Source: Clostridia bacterium (GTDB lineage Bacteria; Bacillota; Clostridia; Christensenellales; Aristaeellaceae). Taken from it: a DNA stretch of 64,000 nt. The stretch is taken from assembly GCA_017936375.1 (NCBI GenBank), contig JAGBFR010000050.1:55597-119596 (forward strand). Reading direction: 5' to 3'. Each line of letters opens with the position of its first letter. Positions within the stretch are counted from its first letter, which is position 1. Below the pieces are notes generated by a model, which saw only the letters and a program-made list of their open reading frames with translations, did not search any database and was not told the DNA's origin. The translations under genes were made by a program, and so were the position numbers. Shown here piece after piece: positions 17,443-24,104 of this stretch.

Positions 17443-17607
17443 ATAGATGCACCTCCTGATACTCGATCCTTGAGAACTTTCATGTCCATCGAATAGAAAA
17501 CCTCTCCGCTAGGCCAACTTATATTGATATTATATAATAACCCATCAATCCCCACAAGTAACAAACATAGTGCGAATAGGAAAACTCGTACTTTCTTAGT
17601 TTTTCAG

Positions 17608-17700
17608 GCATTTGCACCCAATCACAAAATAAAGGGCTATTCACAAAACGAAAGCCCTAATGTCAAAACGAAAGCCTGAGCAATCGTTTTGTTATGCACC
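17608..17700. repeat. repeat R1 (inverted copy of L1/L2)
   Basis: TTTGCACCCA followed by two CAAAACGAAAG units. This is the reverse complement of the motif order in L1 and L2. Confidence 0.55.
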
Positions 17701-17841
17701 CGCCGAGGAGAGTGGGTGCATTGTATCTATGCAGTTTTTCAGCGAAGATTTGTCCCGAGGATGGCAGCGATGGAAGTGGTATGCAAAACTGCAAAAATCC
17801 GGATACATTTGCCGTTTTACATTAGGAATCAGCAAGAGCAT

Positions 17842-17880
17842 AAAGAAAAGGACTGAAACCTTGTATCAAAGCTTCAGTCC
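17842..17880 (-). terminator. intrinsic terminator immediately after element B
   Basis: Minus strand GGACTGAAGC...GGTTTCAGTCC (10-bp stem) followed by TTTTCTTT. Confidence 0.65.
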
Positions 17881-17885
17881 TTTTA

Positions 17886-17995
17886 TGGTGGAGCATAGGG
17901 GAGTCTCCTCTCGCGCCTCGACGGCGCTCGGTCAGCCCGGTTCTGAGGCCCCACTGGGGCCTCATTCATCCCCGGGCCAGGTTCGACTTCCCTAT
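17886..17995 (-). ncRNA. tRNA-Ala-tail structured element, copy B
   Basis: 110 nt. The minus-strand 3' end GACTCCCCTATGCTCCACCA equals the last 20 nt of tRNA-Ala. 11-bp closing helix plus two inner hairpins. Confidence 0.45.
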
Positions 17996-18005
17996 TTTTC
18001 ATACC

Positions 18006-18043
18006 ATAAGAAAAAGCACCCACAAGTGGGTGCTTCTTCTTAT
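18006..18043. terminator. bidirectional hairpin, stronger as a minus-strand terminator
   Basis: Same GCACCCA-CAAG-TGGGTGC hairpin as at 16533-16567. Confidence 0.55.
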
Positions 18044-18044
18044 G

Positions 18045-18175
18045 GGCAATAACTCAAAAACTAATACAATTCCCGGCTATCGTTTTGCAATAGCCCTTTC
18101 ATTTTGCAATGGGTGCATCTGGGTGCAAATTGTAGCTCGGTGGGTGCAACGCCGAGCTTTCGTTTTGTCATTACC
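18045..18175. repeat. repeat L2
   Basis: Direct copy of L1 with three GGGTGCA units and CTTTCGTTTTG. Confidence 0.55.
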
Positions 18176-18257
18176 ATCAATTGTTTTGTATGGTATGAAT
18201 CCTATAACGGAAGGATCGGCAGTACGTCCTTTGATGATACATCATACGCAATACATT

Positions 18258-18310
18258 AAAGCAGCCCCGCATCTAACATGATGTGCTGGATGTGGGGCTG
18301 CTTTTGTTTG
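18258..18310. terminator. bidirectional hairpin downstream of the MFS gene
   Basis: AGCAGCCCCGCATC...GATGTGGGGCTGCT with T-rich flanks. Confidence 0.5.
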
Positions 18311-18346
18311 CAGATAAAAAACAGCCGATGTCCATAAATAAAGTTG

Positions 18347-19543
18347 TCAATCCTTCTGCACCTGATTCTTTTTTGTCATGCGGCGCATGATGATCAAGCC
18401 AATCATCAGCCCAATGGGGAAAATGCAGCCGACCTGTAGCCCAGCGCGGAGATCATCGCCCGCCAACTGGGTCGCATAGCCCACCATGCTGGGGCCGAAT
18501 GCGCCGCCGAGGTCGCCAGCCATGGCCAGCAATGCAAACAGGGCCGTGCCGCCAAGGGGCATCCGGGCGGAGGTGATGCTGAGGGTTCCCGGCCACATGA
18601 TGCCCACGGAAAAACCGCAGGCTATGCAGCCCACCAGTCCCCAGATGGGATTAGCCGTCATGGAGGCCAGCAGATAGCACACAAGACACAGCGCGCCGGA
18701 ACCCAGCATGAAACTGGTCAATTCCACCTTTTCGCCGTATTTTCCATACAGCACACGGCTGATACCCATGGTGATGGCGAACAGGCAGGGCCCCAACAGA
18801 TCGCCCAGCGTTTTGCTCAGCCCCAGCGCAGCCTCTGCATAGGCGGAGGCCCACTGTGCCATTGCCAGTTCGGATGCACCGGAGCACACCATCAGCAGCA
18901 CGGCCAGCCAGAACAGCGGCGCTTTGCATAGCTGCCGGATGGTCATGCCCTGACCGTCCTCCACCAGATGCTCAATGGGGCAGCGCAGGAAATTGACAAT
19001 GTTCCACAGGGGGACAATGGCCCAGAGGCAGGCAAGGATCTTCCAGCACGCCACGCCGAACACGGAAAAAAACACCGTGGATAAAAGCACCACAGCCACC
19101 GAGCCCCAGCAGTAGAAGGAATGAAGCAGGCTCATCACGGCGTCCTTGTTATCAAAGGGACAGGCCTCCACAATGGGACTGCCCAGCACTTCCATCAGGC
19201 CGCTGCCAATGGCATACAGAATGACGCACAGGATCACACCGATGAACGGATCACCCAGCATCTCCGGCAGAAAAGCCAATCCGGCCAGTCCCAGCGCAGA
19301 GGTGACCTGCGACCCGACAATCGCCCGACGATAGCCGATCTTGTCCACGTACTGGGCACAGAGAGCGTCCACGATCAGCTGCGTCAGAAAGAATGCGGTG
19401 GGGATCAGCGCGATATGCCCCAGGCTGATCTGGTAGTCCTTGTGGAAGGTCAGGAACAGCAGGGGCGCAAAGTTTGCGCAGATCGCCTGGGTGATAAAGC
19501 CCAGATAGCAGGCCATGAGTGTCTTGCGGTAGTTCTTCTGCAT
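18347..19543 (-). CDS. MFS transporter
   Basis: 398 aa, about 12 TM helices. Divergent from an AraC-family gene. Confidence 0.85.
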   Translation of the reverse strand: MQKNYRKTLMACYLGFITQAICANFAPLLFLTFHKDYQISLGHIALIPTAFFLTQLIVDALCAQYVDKIGYRRAIVGSQVTSALGLAGLAFLPEMLGDPFIGVILCVILYAIGSGLMEVLGSPIVEACPFDNKDAVMSLLHSFYCWGSVAVVLLSTVFFSVFGVACWKILACLWAIVPLWNIVNFLRCPIEHLVEDGQGMTIRQLCKAPLFWLAVLLMVCSGASELAMAQWASAYAEAALGLSKTLGDLLGPCLFAITMGISRVLYGKYGEKVELTSFMLGSGALCLVCYLLASMTANPIWGLVGCIACGFSVGIMWPGTLSITSARMPLGGTALFALLAMAGDLGGAFGPSMVGYATQLAGDDLRAGLQVGCIFPIGLMIGLIIMRRMTKKNQVQKD

Positions 19544-19661
19544 CAGGAGTCACTCCTTGTTGTTGTTGATGATATTATATCCCAATACGGCGGCGAAGTC
19601 ATTGAAAAGAATCCCTGAAATATGATACAATATCACAAACAATGCAAATGGAGAAGAAGCT

Positions 19662-20549
19662 GTGAAGCCTGTACACACCTTTCCCCGCATCGCAACGGAT
19701 CAAACGCTCCGCGAGACAGTCAGCCACGGAAGCCTGGATTATCCCTTTCAGTATTATCTTGAAAACGTGTGGGAGTTTGATCTTCACTGCATCGACTGGC
19801 ACTGGCATCCCGAATTGGAGATGATCTATGTGAACAGCGGTGAAACCCTGGTGTCCATCGGCGGCGAACAGGTGCCCGTGCCGGAGGGCTGCGGGATGCT
19901 GATTAATGGGCGCATGGTGCATCGCTTCCAGTCAGAACGCAGCACCTGGATGCCCAACATCGTTTTTTCGCCAGCACTTCTTGCGCCGGAGGGCAGCCTC
20001 ATTTACCGCAGGTACGTCCAGCCGCTGCTGGAGGGCGGCTTTTCCTACTGCCTATTCGATCCACAGATCACCTGGCACGGAGAAGTGCTGCGGCTCTTGC
20101 GGATGATCTTCTCCGATCACGAAAAAGGCGATGTCAGCCAGCTGCGCACGCTGCGGCTGCTGCTGGAGATGTGGGAGATCATCGTGAGTCATGTGGAAAT
20201 ATCCCCTGCCTCCGGCAGCAGCCGACGCACCGGGGAGCAGGCCAGACTGCAGATGATGCTGCAATTCATCCAGGACCATTACCGCGAGCCGATCACCCTG
20301 CAGCGCATTGCGGATTCTATCTACATCAGCAAAAGCAGCGCCCTGCAGATCTTTCACGAGGGGATCCACCAATCCCCTGTGGCCTATCTGATCAATTACC
20401 GGTTGAACTGCGCCGCGCAGCAGCTGCGCACCACCGAGCGGACAGTCGCCGCCATTGCGGCGGATACCGGTTTTTCCAGCGCAGGCTATTTCTGCCGCAG
20501 GTTCCGGGAGCTGTATGGCGTTACTCCGCAGCAATACCGTTCGCGCTGA
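19662..20549 (+). CDS. AraC family transcriptional regulator
   Basis: N-terminal cupin-like sensor and C-terminal double HTH (QRIADSIYISKSSALQIFHE...AADTGFSSAGYFCRRFRELYGVTP). GTG start. Confidence 0.85.
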   Translation: MKPVHTFPRIATDQTLRETVSHGSLDYPFQYYLENVWEFDLHCIDWHWHPELEMIYVNSGETLVSIGGEQVPVPEGCGMLINGRMVHRFQSERSTWMPNIVFSPALLAPEGSLIYRRYVQPLLEGGFSYCLFDPQITWHGEVLRLLRMIFSDHEKGDVSQLRTLRLLLEMWEIIVSHVEISPASGSSRRTGEQARLQMMLQFIQDHYREPITLQRIADSIYISKSSALQIFHEGIHQSPVAYLINYRLNCAAQQLRTTERTVAAIAADTGFSSAGYFCRRFRELYGVTPQQYRSR

Positions 20550-20746
20550 TGGGAGTTACTTGCATTCGCAAAACGCAAGCCCGAGTAATCGATTTGTTAA
20601 GCATCCACCGGGGAGAGTGGGGACATTTTATCTATGCAGTTTTTCAGCGGAAATTTGTCCCGAGGATGGCGGAGAAGGAAACTTACCACAATCACTCATA
20701 TTCCCGGGTGCATTTGCCGTTTTACATTAGGAATCAGCAAGAGCAT

Positions 20747-20785
20747 AAAGAAAAGGACTGAAACCTTGTATCAAAGCTTCAGTCC
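20747..20785 (-). terminator. intrinsic terminator immediately after element C
   Basis: Identical to the hairpin at 17842-17880. Confidence 0.65.
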
Positions 20786-20790
20786 TTTTA

Positions 20791-20900
20791 TGGTGGAGCA
20801 TAGGGGAGTCTCCTCTCACGCCTCGACGGCGCTCGGTCAGCCCGGTTCTGAGGCCCCACTGGGGCCTCATTCATCCCCGGGCCAGGTTCGACTCCCCTAT
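20791..20900 (-). ncRNA. tRNA-Ala-tail structured element, copy C
   Basis: 110 nt with one private substitution relative to B and D. Confidence 0.45.
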
Positions 20901-20910
20901 TTTTTATACC

Positions 20911-20938
20911 ATAACAAAAACCACCCTTCCGGGTGGTT
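20911..20938 (-). terminator. terminator hairpin between elements D and C
   Basis: Minus strand AACCACCC-GGAA-GGGTGGTT followed by TTTGTTAT. Confidence 0.5.
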
Positions 20939-20946
20939 CTTTGTTA

Positions 20947-21056
20947 TGGTGGAGCATAGGGGAGTCTCCTCTCGCGCCTCGACGGCGCTCGGTCAGCCCG
21001 GTTCTGAGGCCCCACTGGGGCCTCATTCATTCCCGGGCCAGGTTCGACTCCCCCAT
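20947..21056 (-). ncRNA. tRNA-Ala-tail structured element, copy D
   Basis: 110 nt with two private substitutions. Confidence 0.45.
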
Positions 21057-21066
21057 TTTTTGTACC

Positions 21067-21094
21067 ATAACAAAAACCACCCTTCCGGGTGGTT
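21067..21094 (-). terminator. terminator hairpin after tRNA-Ala
   Basis: Same hairpin as at 20911-20938. Confidence 0.5.
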
Positions 21095-21102
21095 CTTTGT
21101 TA

Positions 21103-21178
21103 TGGTGGAGCATAGGGGAGTCGAACCCCTGACCTTTTGAATGCCATTCAAACGCGCTACCAACTGCGCTAATGCCCC
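21103..21178 (-). tRNA. tRNA-Ala (anticodon GGC), CCA encoded
   Basis: Hand-folded 76-nt cloverleaf: acceptor GGGGCAT/ATGCTCC with G3:U70, D arm GCGC/GCGC, anticodon stem TTTGA/TCAAA with loop ATGGCAT, T arm AGGGG-TTCGACT-CCCCT, then ACCA. Confidence 0.9.
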
Positions 21179-21191
21179 GTCAACATTACAT

Positions 21192-21220
21192 ATTATAGCG
21201 TAGACGGGGTTGGAAGTCAA
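21192..21220 (-). promoter_or_regulatory. sigma-A promoter of tRNA-Ala
   Basis: The minus strand reads TTGACT, a 17-nt spacer, then TATAAT, about 14 nt upstream of the mature 5' end. Confidence 0.65.
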
Positions 21221-21254
21221 TACTGAATTTTCTCTTTTTCGCAAATTCTCGCGC

Positions 21255-22289
21255 TTATTCCCATGCCCGGCTGAGCGTCACCCCGCGGAAGTAGTGCAGC
21301 ACGATCTCCTGCGCAGTCCTCCCCTGCCTCGCCATGGCGTTTGCGCCCCACTGGCTCATGCCCACACCGTGACCATAGCCCTTGCCGCGCATGACGACTT
21401 TCCCATCCTCCACGCGGATGCTCTCAAGCAGGCAGGAGCGCATTTTCGTCGACCCGATCGCAATGCGGAAGGCCGGGGCGGAGACCTCCTTCCCGGAGAT
21501 CAGCAGCGTCATCGCGCGGCCCGATTCGCCCCGCTGTCCGATGGAAATCCCTGTCAGCTCGCCGGCCGATGCGCCTGCGTCCTTCGCGGCGGCGAGCACC
21601 TCTTCCGCCGTAAAGACCGCCTCCCAATTCGCAGCCTCCGGCGGCGCTTCGTCATCCTCCATGCCCCGGACGCACTGCGTGTAGCCCGGCTCCGCCTTCT
21701 CGTAATCAAGGCCCTCCTTCGCCCGCGCGGTCAAGCCGCCCGAATGCGCATGGAACCACGCATACGGCAATTCGCCGCCGGCATTGAGCACGAGGCCGCG
21801 CGTCTCCTGCACCGCCCGGCGAATTCTGTCGTTAACAGCGTCCGGGTTATAGGCCTGCGCCTCACGGATATCCGTGGAGATGTCCGCGCCGTCGTACATC
21901 GATTCCTTCTGCGAGACAAACTGCAAAACGAATGTGCGCGCGAGGATCGCCTGCGCCTTGAGCGCCTCCAGCGGCCAGTCGCCCGCCATCTCCCCGGCGA
22001 GCACCGCCGGCAGGTAATCCTCCACGGACAGCTCCTCCATCGTTTCCCTGTCCACGTCATAGACCTTCAGCATCGGAACGCCGTCCGCCCCCGCCGCAAG
22101 GCGCTCGGGCACCAGCTCCGCCGCCATGCCCGGCTCTGCGGAGGGCTGCGCCGTCGCCTGCGGCGTATTCTCCGGCTCGGGCAGCGCGGGCTGATCCGCC
22201 CCGCCGGAGCGCCTTGCGCAGCCGCTCATGAGCATCAGCGCCATGATCATCAGCGCCGCCAGCATGTTCCTCATCTTCATACCCTTCAC
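21255..22289 (-). CDS. spoIID: SpoIID/LytB domain protein (stage II sporulation protein D-like)
   Basis: Lipoprotein-like signal, AQAILARTF, WFHAHSGGLT and GHGVGMSQWGA motifs. Confidence 0.85.
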   Translation of the reverse strand: MKGMKMRNMLAALMIMALMLMSGCARRSGGADQPALPEPENTPQATAQPSAEPGMAAELVPERLAAGADGVPMLKVYDVDRETMEELSVEDYLPAVLAGEMAGDWPLEALKAQAILARTFVLQFVSQKESMYDGADISTDIREAQAYNPDAVNDRIRRAVQETRGLVLNAGGELPYAWFHAHSGGLTARAKEGLDYEKAEPGYTQCVRGMEDDEAPPEAANWEAVFTAEEVLAAAKDAGASAGELTGISIGQRGESGRAMTLLISGKEVSAPAFRIAIGSTKMRSCLLESIRVEDGKVVMRGKGYGHGVGMSQWGANAMARQGRTAQEIVLHYFRGVTLSRAWE

Positions 22290-22427
22290 ATCCTTCTGCG
22301 CTCATCATGCCCATATTCGCAGCAGATATGCAAAAAGCGGCCAATGGCCGCTCCCGCTTCTTCGCGCATTTCCTTTGATGCAAAAAAGACGGGCACACCG
22401 CAGCGTGCCCGCCCTGTATGCAGGGGA

Positions 22428-23714
22428 TCAGTAGTTGACGTTGAGCGTGGAGACATAGGCCACGCCGCCGTCGATGAGAATCATGCAGACGCTCGTGCCA
22501 TACTGCAGCATGGTCGCCTGCTTGCCCGGCTGGACGATCGTCTTGAGCGAAGCCAGCGCGGAGTCGTTGAAGATGTGGATATTCTGGCTGCTGCTGCCGT
22601 AGGCGACAGCCAGCGTGATCTGCGTGCCGGCCTTCGGCGTGTTTTCCACGCCCGGATACTGCGGCTTCGGGGTGATGTACTGCACCAGCGGCGTCGGCGT
22701 CGTCACCGGATAATACGGCTTCGGGGTGATATACTGCACCAGCGGCGTCGGCGTTGCCGCCGGGTAATAGCCGCTCGGCGGCAGATAATTGCCGTCAAAG
22801 CTCAGGTAGCGCGTCATCATATAGCCGTGCTTCGTGCCGACATAGACCTCGCACCACGTTGCGCCATAGCCCACGACCTTGACCTGCGTGCCGTTGCGGT
22901 ACTGGCCGATGGAGCGCGCGGACTGGGACGGCGTCTCGCGCAGGTTGAGCACCTGCGTACTGATCGGATTGTTGACAAAGGCGATACGGACGGCGGTCTG
23001 CGTGCCGGAGGACGAGCCTGTATTGCTGCCCACCGTGCTGCCGGAGCCGGAGATATACTGCGTGGACATAAAGCCCGTCATGCCGTTTGCAGAAATTCTG
23101 TACCAGCCGTTGCCCTTGAGCAGAATCGTAACCTGCGTGCCGGAGGCCAGCGTGCCGATGCTCGAATACCCGGAGCCCGGGCCGGAGCGGACGTTGACCC
23201 TGCCGCCATTGCGGGTGGTCACGGTCGCTGTGCTCACGCCGCGCTCAATCAGGGAATCGTGCATGTAGCCGGTATAGGTATATCCATTCTGCACGACGGA
23301 CACATAATTCCACTCATAGGAATCATTGAGAATCGTCACCGCAGAGCCAGACGTCGCGCGCACGACCACACCGTAGGACAGCGACGGGCCGCTGCGCAGA
23401 TTGACATAGCCGCCGTTGGCGTACTTGACCGTCGCGCTGCCGGCGTTCGCGCCCAGATTCAGATAATTGGCGGACATGTAGCCGCTCTTCCCATCCAGCG
23501 TCCTCACCTGCCACCAGCCGTTGCCGGCATTCTGCTGCAGGATGACCCACGAACCTGTATTATACTTGCCAAGGCTGCGGCTCGACATGCTGGCATACTC
23601 GCGCAGATTCAGCCTGCCTCCCTTGACCACAGCGTAATCCGCCGCCAGCGCGAGCGCAGGCAGCAGGAGCAGCAGCACAAGCGCTGCCAGAATCCGCCTT
23701 GAATTCTTCCTCAT
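22428..23714 (-). CDS. secreted protein with multiple bacterial SH3 (SH3b) repeats
   Basis: Signal peptide, then at least five repeats of the pattern G..VNLRSGPS..Y..IG....G..V. Tandem proline-rich repeat PTPLVQYITPKP x2. Confidence 0.7.
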   Translation of the reverse strand: MRKNSRRILAALVLLLLLPALALAADYAVVKGGRLNLREYASMSSRSLGKYNTGSWVILQQNAGNGWWQVRTLDGKSGYMSANYLNLGANAGSATVKYANGGYVNLRSGPSLSYGVVVRATSGSAVTILNDSYEWNYVSVVQNGYTYTGYMHDSLIERGVSTATVTTRNGGRVNVRSGPGSGYSSIGTLASGTQVTILLKGNGWYRISANGMTGFMSTQYISGSGSTVGSNTGSSSGTQTAVRIAFVNNPISTQVLNLRETPSQSARSIGQYRNGTQVKVVGYGATWCEVYVGTKHGYMMTRYLSFDGNYLPPSGYYPAATPTPLVQYITPKPYYPVTTPTPLVQYITPKPQYPGVENTPKAGTQITLAVAYGSSSQNIHIFNDSALASLKTIVQPGKQATMLQYGTSVCMILIDGGVAYVSTLNVNY

Positions 23715-23799
23715 TGATCTCACCAACCCTCTTGTCCTGTGTATACTAGACGAATGAGCATTCCGCTTTCATCCCGGTATTTTCCAATCATGTTCCTGA

Positions 23800-24009
23800 T
23801 CAGTTGGGCTTCTTCTTCTCCAGCGGCTTGTAGGTGCCGTCCGCCTGCTCCACGCGCACGGCGCGAAGCGTGGCCTCCATGTTCTCGCGGAATTCCTTGA
23901 GATACTGCGCGCGCAGCGCCGCCTGCTCGGCGAGCTCCGCCTCATTGAGGCCCTCGCTCTTCTTCTTGCGCGCCAGCTCGTTGATGCGCTCAATCTGTGC
24001 CTTATCCAT
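23800..24009 (-). CDS. DUF896 (YnzC/UPF0291) family protein
   Basis: 69 aa. IERINELARKKKSEGLNEAELAEQAALRAQYL is characteristic of the family. Own promoter TTGACT-17-TATCAT. Confidence 0.75.
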   Translation of the reverse strand: MDKAQIERINELARKKKSEGLNEAELAEQAALRAQYLKEFRENMEATLRAVRVEQADGTYKPLEKKKPN

Positions 24010-24104
24010 AATTTCCCTCCGTCCGCTCCCCGAAGGAAGCGTGATGAATGATTCTTTTCAACAAATGGTATCAAATAGTATGATACCCGCTTTTGGCTGC
24101 ATAG

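Larger units (their letters stand above)
17664..17995. repeat. composite repeat U1 (332 bp)
   Basis: Direct repeat of 20568-20900. Its last 190 nt are 188/190 identical between the two copies. Confidence 0.8.
20568..20900. repeat. composite repeat U2 (333 bp)
   Basis: Direct repeat of 17664-17995. Starts 19 nt after the araC-family stop. Confidence 0.8.

Noticed and set aside
17660-18052. 130-aa ORF here and a 168-aa ORF at 20634-21140, sharing the segments FTLGISKSIKKRTETLYQSFSPFMVEHRGVSS...
   Set aside because: They are read-throughs of the composite repeat, the terminator hairpins and the tRNA-tail elements. The similarity is DNA-repeat-driven, there is no RBS, and the frame crosses obvious RNA hairpins and even the antisense of the tRNA.
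20791-21178. Possible CRISPR-like array (regularly spaced direct repeats).
   Set aside because: The repeats are 110 nt with 46-nt intervening hairpin terminators that are themselves identical. There are only two or three units, no unique spacers and no cas genes in the window.
14800-21220. An active integrative element or prophage remnant at tRNA-Ala.
   Set aside because: No integrase, excisionase, replication or structural genes are present. Only the repeated tRNA 3' ends suggest past integration, so I report it as an island of unknown mobility rather than as a mobile element feature.
21210-23702. 830-aa plus-strand ORF. Similar long plus-strand ORFs lie at 2289-4196, 4409-6352, 31299-33398, 34334-36169, 42832-44649 and 59345-61027.
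   Set aside because: All are antisense to genes with clear family signatures (spoIID, SH3b, ABC exporters, tex, GH28, rpiB and others) and have Arg/Ala-rich nonsense composition. They are high-GC artefacts.
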